Positions 9,248-19,782 of a stretch of 64,000 nt of DNA are shown here, in pieces. How positions within the stretch are numbered: position 1 is the first letter of the stretch; every line of letters begins with the position of its first letter. The notes under the pieces were generated by a model. It made no database searches, had not been told where the DNA came from, and saw nothing but the letters and a program-made list of their open reading frames with translations. The position numbers were made by a program, and so were the translations under genes. The stretch is taken from assembly GCF_056712565.1 (NCBI RefSeq), contig NZ_CM160072.1; one strand, given 5' to 3'.

Positions 9248-10441
9248 GTGTTTCAAAAAGTTGACGCCTACGCTGGCGACCCGATTCTTACGCTTATGGA
9301 GCGTTTTAAAGAAGACCCTCGCAGCGACAAAGTGAATTTAAGTATCGGTCTGTACTACAACGAAGACGGAATTATTCCACAACTGAAAGCCGTAGCGGAT
9401 GCGGAAGCGCGCCTGAATGCGCAGCCTCATGGTGCTTCGCTTTATTTACCGATGGAAGGGCTTAACAGCTATCGCCATGCCATTGCGCCGCTGCTGTTTG
9501 GTGCGGACCATCCGGTACTGCAACAACAGCGCGTAGCAACCATTCAAACCCTTGGCGGCTCAGGGGCATTGAAAGTGGGTGCAGATTTCCTGAAACGCTA
9601 CTTCCCGGAATCAGGCGTCTGGGTCAGCGATCCTACCTGGGAAAACCACGTAGCAATATTCGCCGGGGCTGGATTCGAAGTAAGTACTTACCCCTGGTAT
9701 GACGAAGCGACTAACGGCGTGCGCTTTAATGACCTGTTGGCGACGCTGAAAACATTACCTGCCCGCAGTATTGTGTTGCTGCATCCATGTTGCCACAACC
9801 CAACGGGTGCCGATCTCACTAATGACCAGTGGGATTCCGTGATTGAAATTCTCAAAGCCCGCGAGCTTATTCCATTCCTCGATATTGCCTATCAAGGATT
9901 TGGTGCCGGTATGGAAGAGGATGCCTACGCCATTCGCGCCATTGCCAGCGCTGGATTACCCGCTCTGGTGAGCAATTCGTTCTCGAAAATTTTCTCCCTT
10001 TACGGCGAGCGCGTCGGCGGACTTTCTGTTCTGTGTGAAGATGCCGAAGCCGCAGGCCGCGTACTGGGGCAATTGAAAGCAACCGTTCGCCGCAACTACT
10101 CCAGCCCGCCGAATTTTGGTGCGCAGGTGGTGGCTGCGGTGCTGAATGACGAGGCATTGAAAGCCAGCTGGCTGGCGGAAGTAGAAGAGATGCGTACTCG
10201 CATTCTGGCAATGCGTCAGGAACTGGTGAAGGTATTGAGCACAGAGATGCCAGAGCGCAATTTCGATTATCTGCTTAATCAGCGCGGCATGTTCAGTTAT
10301 ACCGGTTTAAGAACCGCTCAGGTTGACCGACTACGTGAAGAATTTGGTGTCTATCTCATCGCCAGCGGTCGCATGTGTGTCGCCGGGCTTAACGCGCAAA
10401 ATGTGCATCGCGTGGCAAAGGCGTTTGCTGCGGTGATGTGA
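9248..10441 (+). CDS. tyrB: aromatic amino acid aminotransferase TyrB
   Basis: 397 aa from GTG 9248 ([14 protein letters not shown]...), matching the K-12 length; PLP-lysine context [16 protein letters not shown]. Confidence 0.9.
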   Translation: MFQKVDAYAGDPILTLMERFKEDPRSDKVNLSIGLYYNEDGIIPQLKAVADAEARLNAQPHGASLYLPMEGLNSYRHAIAPLLFGADHPVLQQQRVATIQTLGGSGALKVGADFLKRYFPESGVWVSDPTWENHVAIFAGAGFEVSTYPWYDEATNGVRFNDLLATLKTLPARSIVLLHPCCHNPTGADLTNDQWDSVIEILKARELIPFLDIAYQGFGAGMEEDAYAIRAIASAGLPALVSNSFSKIFSLYGERVGGLSVLCEDAEAAGRVLGQLKATVRRNYSSPPNFGAQVVAAVLNDEALKASWLAEVEEMRTRILAMRQELVKVLSTEMPERNFDYLLNQRGMFSYTGLRTAQVDRLREEFGVYLIASGRMCVAGLNAQNVHRVAKAFAAVM

Positions 10442-10449
10442 TTTTAATC

Positions 10450-10473
10450 AACAGGCGGATCTCTCCGCCTGTT
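10450..10473 (+). terminator. stem-loop after tyrB (10-bp stem, 4-nt loop, no clear U-tract)
   Basis: AACAGGCGGA-TCTC-TCCGCCTGTT read directly 9 nt after the tyrB stop. Confidence 0.4.
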
Positions 10474-10571
10474 CCTGACTCCAGCCATCCCCTACTATTC
10501 TGTCCCTTTTTTCGCCCACTTTTACATCATCTCTTTTCTATAAGTTTTTGAAAATTAGTGTTTTTAACTGT

Positions 10572-10587
10572 TGGTACGGATTGTGCA
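10572..10587 (+). promoter_or_regulatory. candidate sigma-54 (-24/-12) promoter for the 2-oxoglutarate dehydrogenase operon
   Basis: TGGTACGGATTGTGCA: GG and GC separated by 10 nt, two mismatches to TGGCACG-N4-TTGC; 36 nt upstream of the E1 ATG; an NtrC-family activator gene is in the same island. Confidence 0.55.
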
Positions 10588-10622
10588 GTAATGCGGCTGT
10601 CTATGACCATCAGGAGAAAAAC

Positions 10623-13367
10623 ATGGAGAACATGACCTCGCCCGGCACGCTGCTTAGTGGAGATAACGCGACCTGGCTTGAAGAGTACTACCAGACCTGG
10701 TTGCGTACGCCGGAACAACTCCCGGAAGACTGGCGGCGTTTTTTTCTTTCACCTGAACTGACTGTCCAAAGCGTATCCGGTGATAACAACGTCAGCGGTG
10801 CGACGTTAAAAAAACAGGCTGCGGTAATACAACTGATCAATGCCTGGCGCACGCAGGGGCATCTGCGCGCAAAGCTTGATCCACTTGGTTTGAATCCCCC
10901 AGCTGACGTTCCCTCCCTCCAGCCTGGTTTTTGGGGATTAAGCGAAGAAGACTTGTTGCAGGAGTTTAGCGTCACCTTTGGCGCACACACCACGCAAATG
11001 CCACTTAAGCAACTGCTTAACCTGCTGGAGCAAGCCTGGGCCGGTAGCCAGGCTTATGAACTTGCTCATCTGGAAAATCGTGAAGAAATCAACTGGTTGT
11101 TATCACGGATTGAGAGCAGCAATGCGCCACAAGCTGATGCCCAAACCTGCATTGCCCGTTTTGAAAAACTGATGGCGGCAGAGACGTTAGAGCGTTATCT
11201 GCATACCCGTTATGTTGGGCAGAAACGGTTTTCTCTGGAAGGGGGCGAAAGTGCAATCCCGGCGCTCGATACGCTGACAAAACGCCTGCGTGCGCAAGGT
11301 GTGGAGGAAATGGTCATTGGCATGGCGCACCGGGGAAGACTTAATGTTCTGGTTAATCTGTTGAATAAAGACCCGGCACAGCTTTTTGCTGAGTTTGAAG
11401 GCAAGCAGACGATCGGCAGTGGTTCAGGCGATGTGAAATACCACATGGGGTATTCCAGCAATCTGGAAACACCTGCCGGTTCGCTGCATGTGGCGCTGGC
11501 GTATAACCCCTCACATCTGGAGATCGTGAATCCGGTGGTGCTGGGCCAGGTGCGAGCCAGGCAGGAACGCCGTGGTGAGGATGGTCAGGCAAAAGTGGTG
11601 GGCGTACTTATTCATGGGGATTCCGCGTTGGGCGGCCTCGGCGTCAACCAAACCACGTTTAACTTATCGCAGACTCAGGGCTACGGCACTGGCGGTACGC
11701 TACATCTGGTGATTAACAATCAGATTGGCTTCACCACTTCCCGCTTGCAGGATATGCGTTCTTCACGGTACTGCACCGATATTGCCAAAATGGTAGCGGC
11801 CCCAATTATCCACGTTAATGGCGATGACGTTGACGCTGTTTGCCAGGTAATGGAACTGGCGTGCGAATGGCGAGACACCTTCCGGCGCGACATCATCATC
11901 GATATTTGCTGCTTCCGTAAGCACGGACACAACGAAAGCGATGAGCCACGTCTTACCCAGCCACAAATGTATCAGGCAGTGGATGCTCACCCTGGTACGC
12001 TCGCCCGTTATGGTGAATCTCTTGCCCGCCGCGGCCTGTTAACTCAGGCGCAACAAGATGAGATGACGGCACGCTATCGCGACTGGCTGGATAGCTGCCA
12101 GAAACGTGAACCGCAGCCTCTCAAACCTGCAATTCACTCTTTTAGCGCTAACTGGTATGGGTTGACCAACCCTCACTGGAGCGCCCCGGTATCTACGGCA
12201 TTGCCTCGGCAAAAGCTGGCAGCGTATGGTGAAATCATTTCTACACTGCCACCCGATGTGGTCGCACATCCTACCATTAAACGGCAACTGGCGTTACGCC
12301 AGGATATGGCCGCAGGTACTCAGCCAATAGACTGGGGAATGGCTGAAATGCTGGCCTATGCATCGCTTGTGGATGCGGGTGTTGGTGTGCGTCTTTCTGG
12401 TGAAGACTCAGGGCGTGGCACGTTCAGTCATCGCCATGCAGTGGTACATCATCAAACTGAAGCCCGTCGTTATCTGCCGTTACAGCATATCCGCGCTGGT
12501 CAGGCATCTTTCGATGTTTATGATTCGGTGCTTAATGAAGAAGCGCTCTTAGCCTTTGAATATGGCTATTCAACGTCTGCGCCTCAGCAACTGGTTATTT
12601 GGGAAGCGCAGTTTGGTGACTTTGCCAACGGCGCTCAGGTTGCTATTGACCAGTTTATCTCGTCTGGCGAAACCAAGTGGGATCGCTATAGCGGTTTAAC
12701 CATTCTTCTGCCGCATGGCTATGACGGACAAGGGCCGGAGCACTCTTCTGCGCGTCCTGAGCGCTGGCTGCAACTGTGCGCAGAAAACAACATGCAGGTG
12801 GTGATGCCCAGTGAGTCAGCACAAATGTTCCATTTGCTGCGCGGTCAGGCATTACGCCCAATGCGCAAACCGTTAGTGATAATGATGAGTAAGCGTTTAC
12901 TTCGGTTTAAAGGCGCTATGAGCGAGCTTTCTGAATTCACTGATGGCGCTTATAAACCGGTAGTCACCGATCCGCAATTGCATCAGTCCCAGAAAGTTAA
13001 GCGCGTTATTTTGTGTAGCGGCCAGGTCTATTACGACGTACTGGAAGCCCGTAAGCAGCGTGAGTGTGAAGATGAGGTAGCGATTGTTCGCCTGGAGCAA
13101 CTCTACCCGTTCCCGGTCGCAGAACTGAATGATGTTCTGGCGAGTTGGCCGAACTGCTGCGAATGGATTTGGTTGCAGGAAGAGCCAGAAAACCAGGGCG
13201 CGTGGCGGCAGATTCGTCATGAGCTGGCGGCACTGAAAATTAACACTCCTTACTGGCAGTATGCAGGCCGCCCGGCAGTGGCAGCTCCGGCGACAGGGTA
13301 TGGGCGTGTACATAAACAACAAATCGACGAATTTCTTGCTGCTGCGTTTGCAGATATTCAGCCATGA
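10623..13367 (+). CDS. 2-oxoglutarate dehydrogenase E1 component paralog (SucA-like)
   Basis: ORF-track ORF 10548-13367 (TTG) trimmed to ATG 10623 with AGGAGA SD; ThDP region HGDSALGGLGVNQTTFNLSQTQGYGTGGTLHLVINNQIGFTTS parallels SucA. Confidence 0.9.
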   Translation: MENMTSPGTLLSGDNATWLEEYYQTWLRTPEQLPEDWRRFFLSPELTVQSVSGDNNVSGATLKKQAAVIQLINAWRTQGHLRAKLDPLGLNPPADVPSLQPGFWGLSEEDLLQEFSVTFGAHTTQMPLKQLLNLLEQAWAGSQAYELAHLENREEINWLLSRIESSNAPQADAQTCIARFEKLMAAETLERYLHTRYVGQKRFSLEGGESAIPALDTLTKRLRAQGVEEMVIGMAHRGRLNVLVNLLNKDPAQLFAEFEGKQTIGSGSGDVKYHMGYSSNLETPAGSLHVALAYNPSHLEIVNPVVLGQVRARQERRGEDGQAKVVGVLIHGDSALGGLGVNQTTFNLSQTQGYGTGGTLHLVINNQIGFTTSRLQDMRSSRYCTDIAKMVAAPIIHVNGDDVDAVCQVMELACEWRDTFRRDIIIDICCFRKHGHNESDEPRLTQPQMYQAVDAHPGTLARYGESLARRGLLTQAQQDEMTARYRDWLDSCQKREPQPLKPAIHSFSANWYGLTNPHWSAPVSTALPRQKLAAYGEIISTLPPDVVAHPTIKRQLALRQDMAAGTQPIDWGMAEMLAYASLVDAGVGVRLSGEDSGRGTFSHRHAVVHHQTEARRYLPLQHIRAGQASFDVYDSVLNEEALLAFEYGYSTSAPQQLVIWEAQFGDFANGAQVAIDQFISSGETKWDRYSGLTILLPHGYDGQGPEHSSARPERWLQLCAENNMQVVMPSESAQMFHLLRGQALRPMRKPLVIMMSKRLLRFKGAMSELSEFTDGAYKPVVTDPQLHQSQKVKRVILCSGQVYYDVLEARKQRECEDEVAIVRLEQLYPFPVAELNDVLASWPNCCEWIWLQEEPENQGAWRQIRHELAALKINTPYWQYAGRPAVAAPATGYGRVHKQQIDEFLAAAFADIQP

Positions 13368-13399
13368 AAGGCGCACAAAAATAATAAGGAGAACATTTT

Positions 13400-14554
13400 A
13401 TGATCGAAATTACTGTCCCTGTATTACCGGAATCTGTCACGGAAGGCACGCTGACAACCTGGTGTAAACAAGAAGGCGAGCACGTAAAACGCGATGATGT
13501 GATTGCCGAGCTGGAAACCGATAAAGTCATTCTGGAAATACCGGCCCCGCACGATGGCGTGTTAAGCAATATTATCGTCAGCGAAGGTAGCACGGTCACG
13601 TCCGCGCAACTGTTGGCGCATCTTAAGCCGCAAGCTGTCATAGAAGAAACCGTCACACCAGTCACCGAAACCCTGGCGATGCCTTCCGCACGGCTGGAGG
13701 CACAGCGTAGTGGTGTTGAACTTGCTGACGTTGCGGGGAGCGGGAGAAATGGACGTATCCTGAAAGAGGATGTACAGCGCGTTACTCCTGCACCAGTCAT
13801 TCAGCCTGAACGGGTGGCGGAGATCGCGCCAGCTAAACCCTTGACACCGGGTGCTCGTCAGGAACGTCGTGAGCCGATGTCGCGCTTACGTCAGCGAATT
13901 GCTGAGCGTCTGCTGGCTTCCCAACAAAATAACGCCATTCTTACCACATTCAACGAAGTAAACATGCAGAGCGTGATGGATTTACGCACCCGCTGGAAAG
14001 ATCGTTTTGCCGAGAAGCACGGCGTGAAGCTGGGCTTTATGTCCTTCTTTGTTAAGGCCGTTACCCGGGCGCTGGAGCGCTTCCCTGTAGTGAATGCCAG
14101 CGTTGATGGCAACGAGATTATCTGGCGTGATTATTGCGATATCGGCATTGCAGTGAGCAGCAACCGCGGCCTGGTAGTGCCTGTGTTACGCAATGCGCAA
14201 TCACTCTCTTTGGTGGAAATTGAACGGCAAATTGCCGAATACGCCACACAGGCACGCAATGGCAAATTGCCGCTGGAGGCGTTACAGGGCGGCACGTTCT
14301 CTATCACCAACGGCGGTACTTTTGGTTCGATGATGTCAACGCCAATCATTAACCCGCCGCAGTCGGCCATTCTTGGGATGCATGCCATCACGCCGCGCCC
14401 GGTCGCAGAAAACGGCCAGGTTGTTATTCGTCCCATGATGTACCTTGCTCTCAGCTATGACCATCGCATTATCGATGGTCAGGAAGCCGTGCAGACATTG
14501 GTGGCAATACGTGAGCTACTGGAATCACCGGAACAACTGTTGCTGGATCTTTAA
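13400..14554 (+). CDS. dihydrolipoyllysine-residue succinyltransferase E2 paralog (SucB-like)
   Basis: 384 aa; lipoyl-lysine motif [14 protein letters not shown]; catalytic [11 protein letters not shown]; AAGGAGA SD. Confidence 0.9.
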   Translation: MIEITVPVLPESVTEGTLTTWCKQEGEHVKRDDVIAELETDKVILEIPAPHDGVLSNIIVSEGSTVTSAQLLAHLKPQAVIEETVTPVTETLAMPSARLEAQRSGVELADVAGSGRNGRILKEDVQRVTPAPVIQPERVAEIAPAKPLTPGARQERREPMSRLRQRIAERLLASQQNNAILTTFNEVNMQSVMDLRTRWKDRFAEKHGVKLGFMSFFVKAVTRALERFPVVNASVDGNEIIWRDYCDIGIAVSSNRGLVVPVLRNAQSLSLVEIERQIAEYATQARNGKLPLEALQGGTFSITNGGTFGSMMSTPIINPPQSAILGMHAITPRPVAENGQVVIRPMMYLALSYDHRIIDGQEAVQTLVAIRELLESPEQLLLDL

Positions 14555-14565
14555 GGAGGGCGCCG

Positions 14566-15984
14566 ATGAGTACAATTTTTGATGTGGCAGTTATGGGGGG
14601 TGGGCCAGGTGGTTACGTAGCGGCACTGCGGGCTGCGCAGAATGGGCTTTCCGTAGTATGTATTGATGATGGTGTTAATGCACAGGGCGAACCTTCGCCG
14701 GGCGGTACGTGTCTCAATGTCGGCTGTATTCCGTCAAAATCGTTGCTGCAATCTTCCGAGCTGTACGCGCAAGTACAGCATGAGGCAAGCATTCATGGCG
14801 TTAACGTTGAAGGCGTATCTTTCAATGCTGCCGCGATGATTCAACGTAAAGATGCCATAGTAAGCCGCCTGACAATGGGCATCAGCTTGCTGTTTAAGAA
14901 AAATAAAGTGAAGCACTTGTGCGGCCTCGCAACGTTAGAACGTGCTCAGGATGAGATTTGGCAATTACGCGTAAACGATCAACACATTCACGCCCGTAAT
15001 GTAGTGATTGCAACAGGTTCTCAGCCGCGTCAGCTGCCTGGCGTTACCATTGATAATCAACAGATCCTCGACAATCGTGGCGCCCTGGCATTGAGCGAAG
15101 TGCCGCCGCGTCTCGGTGTGATCGGCGCTGGCGTGATTGGCCTTGAACTGGGGTCTGTGTGGAATCGGGTCGGTTCAGATGTCACGCTGCTGGAGATGGC
15201 GCCAACGTTCTTGCCTGCACTGGAAGCTCGCCTGTCGAACGAAGTCCGTAAAGCAATGATTGCCAGTGGGATGAAAATGCAACTGGCAGTAGAGATTGAG
15301 GCTATTGAACAACGGGATGACGGTGTGCATGTGCGCTGGCGGCAGGGTGAGAAGCGAGAAGAAAGCCGCTTCGATAAATTAATTCTTGCCATTGGACGTG
15401 TACCGCGACTTTCTGGTGTCGATCTCGTGCAACTCGGTCTTGAAGCCGATAACCGTGGCGGTATTGCCGTCGATAACTTATGCCGTACCGGGAAAGCCGG
15501 GCTGTGGGCAATTGGTGATGTCGTGCGAGGGCCGATGCTGGCGCATAAAGCGATGGCTGAAGGTGTGGTGGTTGCGGATCAAATTGCCGGACTGGCGGTA
15601 GAGCCGATTAATTTTGCGCTGATCCCTTCGGTGATTTACACCCAACCGGAAGTTGCGTGGGTAGGGGAAAACGAGGCCTCACTGAAAGCCGCTGGCAGAG
15701 TCTTTAACAAAGGAAATTCTCTGTTTGCCGGTAACGGTCGCGCCTTAGCATTAGGCCAGGAAGGTGGGCGTTGCACGTTATACAGCGATAAACACACTGA
15801 CCGCGTACTTGGCGGAGCGATTGTTGGCCCGCAGGCATCGGAGCTGATCAATGAAATTGCGCTGGCGATGACTTTTAGCGCCTCTGGCGAGGATATTGCC
15901 TGTGCGATCCATGCGCATCCGACCTTAAGCGAAGTCATCCACGAAGCAGCAATGGCCTTGAATAATAAAGCATTACACGGATAA
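14566..15984 (+). CDS. dihydrolipoyl dehydrogenase E3 paralog (Lpd-like)
   Basis: 472 aa; FAD fold GGGPGGYVAALRAAQ; redox-active disulfide CLNVGCIPSK. Confidence 0.9.
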   Translation: MSTIFDVAVMGGGPGGYVAALRAAQNGLSVVCIDDGVNAQGEPSPGGTCLNVGCIPSKSLLQSSELYAQVQHEASIHGVNVEGVSFNAAAMIQRKDAIVSRLTMGISLLFKKNKVKHLCGLATLERAQDEIWQLRVNDQHIHARNVVIATGSQPRQLPGVTIDNQQILDNRGALALSEVPPRLGVIGAGVIGLELGSVWNRVGSDVTLLEMAPTFLPALEARLSNEVRKAMIASGMKMQLAVEIEAIEQRDDGVHVRWRQGEKREESRFDKLILAIGRVPRLSGVDLVQLGLEADNRGGIAVDNLCRTGKAGLWAIGDVVRGPMLAHKAMAEGVVVADQIAGLAVEPINFALIPSVIYTQPEVAWVGENEASLKAAGRVFNKGNSLFAGNGRALALGQEGGRCTLYSDKHTDRVLGGAIVGPQASELINEIALAMTFSASGEDIACAIHAHPTLSEVIHEAAMALNNKALHG

Positions 15985-16005
15985 CACATACCACTGAGGG
16001 AATAT

Positions 16006-17175
16006 ATGAATTTACATGAGTATCAGGCCAAATCGTTACTGGCTGGCATGGGGATGCCGTGTCCAAAAGAGATAGCCATCCAACAGATTTCGCAACTGGC
16101 AGATGCCTGGCAACATATTGCTTGCCCGAGTAAAGGCGCGGTACTTAAAGCGCAGGTACATGCTGGTGGGCGCGGTAAAGCTGGCGGCGTAAAAGTGCTT
16201 AAGCAGCTGCCGGAAGCACAGGCTTTTGTACAGCAAATGTTGGGATCGCAACTGGTGACTTATCAGACCGGGCCAGAAGGGCAGTATGTCAGCAGTATTT
16301 TGCTGTGCGAAAACATCTATCCGGTACGCCAGGAACTCTATTTTGGCATGGTGGTGGATCGTGAAAGCCAGCGGGTCACGTTTATTGTCAGCCCGGAAGG
16401 TGGTGTGGAAATTGAAAAAGTCGCCCATGAGACACCGGAGAAAATCAGCAGTGTCAGCATTGATCCACTGACAGGCGTGCAGCCTTGCCATATCCGCGAA
16501 ATGTTTGCTGTTCTGCAACTGGAACACGGGCTATTTGCTACCTTTAGTCGCCTGGTTAATCAGGCGTGGAAAGCCTTTAACGAACTGGATTTCGCCCTGC
16601 TGGAAATTAACCCTCTGGTGTTGCGGGAAACGGGCGAATTTATGTGTGCAGACGCGAAAGTATCGCTGGATGATAACGCGCTGTATCGTCACCCGGAACT
16701 CCAGGTGCTACGTGATGAAACCCAGGAAGATCCACGCGAAAGCCAGGCAGCGAAGCTTGATCTTAATTATGTCTCGCTGGACGGAAATATCGGCTGCATG
16801 GTCAATGGTGCAGGGCTGGCTATGGCAACCATGGACATCATCAAGCTATACGGTGAACAACCCGCAAACTTCCTGGATGTTGGCGGTGGCGCAACCCAGG
16901 AGCGCGTCAGTGAAGCCTTTCGGCTGATTGTTTCCGACAGCAAAGTGAAAGCCATTCTGGTTAATATTTTTGGTGGGATTGTCCGTTGCGACATGATCGC
17001 CAGAGCCATTATTCATGCTCTGAATGAGGCCCGTATCACCCTGCCTGTCGTGGTGCGTCTCTCCGGTAATAACGCTGCCGAAGGGCAGCGGTTACTGGCA
17101 GAAAGTGGCCTGACGGTGGAAGCCGTCAATTCTCTGGATGATGCCGCTAAACGCATCATTGCGTTACTGAATTAA
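16006..17175 (+). CDS. succinyl-CoA synthetase beta subunit paralog (SucC-like)
   Basis: 389 aa; N-terminus MNLHEYQAKSLLAGMGMP typical of the ATP-grasp SucC family. Confidence 0.9.
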   Translation: MNLHEYQAKSLLAGMGMPCPKEIAIQQISQLADAWQHIACPSKGAVLKAQVHAGGRGKAGGVKVLKQLPEAQAFVQQMLGSQLVTYQTGPEGQYVSSILLCENIYPVRQELYFGMVVDRESQRVTFIVSPEGGVEIEKVAHETPEKISSVSIDPLTGVQPCHIREMFAVLQLEHGLFATFSRLVNQAWKAFNELDFALLEINPLVLRETGEFMCADAKVSLDDNALYRHPELQVLRDETQEDPRESQAAKLDLNYVSLDGNIGCMVNGAGLAMATMDIIKLYGEQPANFLDVGGGATQERVSEAFRLIVSDSKVKAILVNIFGGIVRCDMIARAIIHALNEARITLPVVVRLSGNNAAEGQRLLAESGLTVEAVNSLDDAAKRIIALLN

Positions 17176-17187
17176 CAGGAGGTTAAG

Positions 17188-18060
17188 ATGAGCGTTTTGA
17201 TCAACAAACACACGCGGGTACTGGTGCAGGGCATTACCGGCAAAAACGGCACATTTCATACAGAGCAGGCTATTGCGTATGGCACGCAGATTGTGGGTGG
17301 AGTGACGCCAGGTAAGGGCGGGCAACGGCATCTGGATCGCCCGGTTTTTGATTCAATGAAAGAAGCGATGCGACAAACTGAGGCTGATGCCAGCGTGATT
17401 TATGTGCCTGCACCGTTTGTGCTGGATTCTGTTGTTGAGGCTATTGAAGCTGGCGTCAAATTGGTTGTGGTGATCACTGAAGGTGTACCGACACTGGATA
17501 TGGTGAAAGTTCGTCGGCTGCTTGACTGCCACCCGGATGTGCGGCTGATTGGGCCAAACTGCCCAGGAGTTATCACGCCGGGCGAGTGCAAAATCGGGAT
17601 TATGCCTGGTGAAATCCACCGCCCAGGGCGTATTGGGATTGTTTCCCGCTCCGGTACATTAACCTACGAAGCTGTAGCGCAAACCACGGCGCTGGGACTT
17701 GGGCAATCCACCTGTATTGGTATTGGCGGCGATCCGGTTCCGGGGACTAACTTTATTGATGCGCTGCGTTTATTCGAAAATGATCCGCAAACAGACGCGG
17801 TAATTATGATCGGTGAAATTGGTGGTAATGCGGAAGAACGGGCTGCGGAATTTATTCGTCATGAAATGAATAAACCGGTCGTAGGTTATATTGCCGGTGT
17901 TACTGCACCAAAAGGAAAACGCATGGGGCACGCCGGAGCCATTATTTCTGGCGGTAGCGGCAGTGCAGAGGATAAATTCCGTGCGTTCGATAAAGCAGGC
18001 ATGGCATGGACAAGAAACCCGGCGTTGCTTGGCGAAACGTTATGGAATGTTATTAAGTAA
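17188..18060 (+). CDS. succinyl-CoA synthetase alpha subunit paralog (SucD-like)
   Basis: 290 aa; CoA-binding N-terminus [14 protein letters not shown]; phosphohistidine region [17 protein letters not shown]. Confidence 0.9.
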   Translation: MSVLINKHTRVLVQGITGKNGTFHTEQAIAYGTQIVGGVTPGKGGQRHLDRPVFDSMKEAMRQTEADASVIYVPAPFVLDSVVEAIEAGVKLVVVITEGVPTLDMVKVRRLLDCHPDVRLIGPNCPGVITPGECKIGIMPGEIHRPGRIGIVSRSGTLTYEAVAQTTALGLGQSTCIGIGGDPVPGTNFIDALRLFENDPQTDAVIMIGEIGGNAEERAAEFIRHEMNKPVVGYIAGVTAPKGKRMGHAGAIISGGSGSAEDKFRAFDKAGMAWTRNPALLGETLWNVIK

Positions 18061-18078
18061 TCCATAAATGAATATCAA

Positions 18079-18102
18079 GGGAGCATATCGCTCCCTTTTT
18101 TT
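18079..18102 (+). terminator. rho-independent terminator ending the dehydrogenase/synthetase operon
   Basis: GGGAGC-ATATC-GCTCCC followed by an 8-T run, 19 nt after the sucD-like stop. Confidence 0.65.
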
Positions 18103-18215
18103 ATCTGTGTGGTAAGGGAATCATCTTTTAATAACTGTGCGGAAAACCGCGCATAAAATAAAAAGGATAAATAGCTAACTCATTAAATAACAAAGCGTTA
18201 TTAAAAAATTAAAGA

Positions 18216-18231
18216 TGGCATAGCTCCTGCA
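18216..18231 (+). promoter_or_regulatory. candidate sigma-54 (-24/-12) promoter for the transporter / Ldh_2 operon
   Basis: TGGCATAGCTCCTGCA: GG-N10-GC, close to consensus; about 40 nt upstream of ATG 18272. Confidence 0.6.
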
Positions 18232-18271
18232 ATAGCCAGGCAGGTTTTTTATTTTTCACAATGAGGTGAAT

Positions 18272-19771
18272 ATGTCATCAATATCCCATGGCGCACCACA
18301 AAAGCGTCGAATTATCCCTAATCCCGGCCTGTGGTTGGCGATCATTGCCGGAATTATTATTACCCTTCTGCCACTGGGCGATACCTTGCCCGTCGCCGGA
18401 CAAAATATGATCGCCATTCTGGTGTTTGCCATTATTGTCTGGATCAGCGAAGCGATGGATTACACCGCCAGTGCAATTGTTATTTCCGCACTGATTATCT
18501 TTATGGTTGGTTTTGCCCCGGATATGAATCACCCGGACACGATCCTTGGCACCGCGAAAGCGCTGAAAATGACTCTGTCGGGTTTTTCTAATTCTGCTCT
18601 GGCGCTGGTGGCAGCAGCAATGTTTATCGCGGCGGCAATGACCATTACCGGGCTGGATAAACGCATTGCGCTGTTTACTATGTCGAAAATAGGTGCCAGC
18701 AGCCGCAGCATTATTATCGGTGCCATTGTGGTGACCATCGTCCTGAGCCTGGTTGTACCCAGTGCCACTGCCCGTACGGCTTGCGTGGTGCCGATTATGA
18801 TGGGGGTCATTGCGGCATTTAAGGTGGATAAACATTCACGTTTAGCGGCGTCAATGATGATTGTTATCGCCCAGGCGACCAGTATCTGGAACGTTGGTAT
18901 TCAAACTTCGGCGGCGCAAAACCTGCTTTCTATCGGTTTTATCAATAAAACTTTCGGCGCCGGGCATTCTGTCAGCTGGCTTGACTGGCTGTTAGCGGGC
19001 GCGCCCTGGAGCCTCACCATGTCGGTGATCCTCTATTTCCTCGCACGTAAATTGTTGCCGCCAGAAACGGAAGCTGTTGAAGGGGGGAGCGAGGCCATTA
19101 AAAAAGCACTCGCAGAGTTAGGGCCAACCACCGGTAAAGAAAAACGCTTGATCGGTATTTCGCTATTGTTACTGCTCTTTTGGTCTACTGGCGGAAAATT
19201 ACACAGTATTGATACCACCTCTGTCACCCTTGCCGGACTGGCGATTATGTTGCTGCCAGGCATCGGTGTAATGAGCTGGAAAGAGGTCGAAAAACGTGTG
19301 CAGTGGGGCACGTTGCTGATGTTTGGTATTGGTATCAGCCTGGGGTCCACGCTGCTTGATACGCAGGCAGCTTCATGGATGGCGAACTATGTGGTGAAAG
19401 GTTTTGGTCTTGATGGCTTGCCATCATTAGCCATCTTCGCGATTCTCGCCGCTTTCTTGATAATTATTCACCTGGGGTTTGCCAGTGCCACTGCGCTAAC
19501 TGCCGCATTGCTGCCCATCCTGATTAGCCTGTTAAGCAGTCTGCCGCCAGAACTCGGCGTTAACCCGGTCGGCATGACCATTCTGCTCGCCTTCAGTGTC
19601 AGTTTTGGCTTCATCCTGCCGATTAACGCGCCACAAAATATGGTGTGTATGGGTACGGATACCTTCACGCCACGCCAGTTTACCCGTGTGGGACTGTACC
19701 TGACGGTAATCGGCTACCTGTTGTTGCTACTGTTTGCCGCCACCTGGTGGAAAATTTTAGGTCTAATGTGA
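18272..19771 (+). CDS. anion permease (DASS/CitT-like ion-transporter superfamily), probable 2-oxoglutarate/dicarboxylate uptake
   Basis: ORF-track ORF 18266-19771 (GTG) trimmed to ATG 18272; polytopic hydrophobic 499-aa protein; island context. Confidence 0.75.
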   Translation: MSSISHGAPQKRRIIPNPGLWLAIIAGIIITLLPLGDTLPVAGQNMIAILVFAIIVWISEAMDYTASAIVISALIIFMVGFAPDMNHPDTILGTAKALKMTLSGFSNSALALVAAAMFIAAAMTITGLDKRIALFTMSKIGASSRSIIIGAIVVTIVLSLVVPSATARTACVVPIMMGVIAAFKVDKHSRLAASMMIVIAQATSIWNVGIQTSAAQNLLSIGFINKTFGAGHSVSWLDWLLAGAPWSLTMSVILYFLARKLLPPETEAVEGGSEAIKKALAELGPTTGKEKRLIGISLLLLLFWSTGGKLHSIDTTSVTLAGLAIMLLPGIGVMSWKEVEKRVQWGTLLMFGIGISLGSTLLDTQAASWMANYVVKGFGLDGLPSLAIFAILAAFLIIIHLGFASATALTAALLPILISLLSSLPPELGVNPVGMTILLAFSVSFGFILPINAPQNMVCMGTDTFTPRQFTRVGLYLTVIGYLLLLLFAATWWKILGLM

Positions 19772-19782
19772 GGAAACCAACG

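Noticed and set aside
18278-18835. 185-aa minus-strand ORF rich in His/Asn/Gly/Gln antisense to the transporter gene
   Set aside because: Low-complexity composition, no ribosome-binding site, entirely inside a well-supported membrane-protein gene on the opposite strand; a typical antisense artefact.
19645-19782. N-terminal 46-codon extension of the Ldh_2 ORF as given in the ORF track (19645-20856)
   Set aside because: It would overlap the last 127 nt of the transporter gene in another frame; an ATG with a GAGGAAA Shine-Dalgarno at 19783 gives a conventional start 11 nt after the transporter stop.
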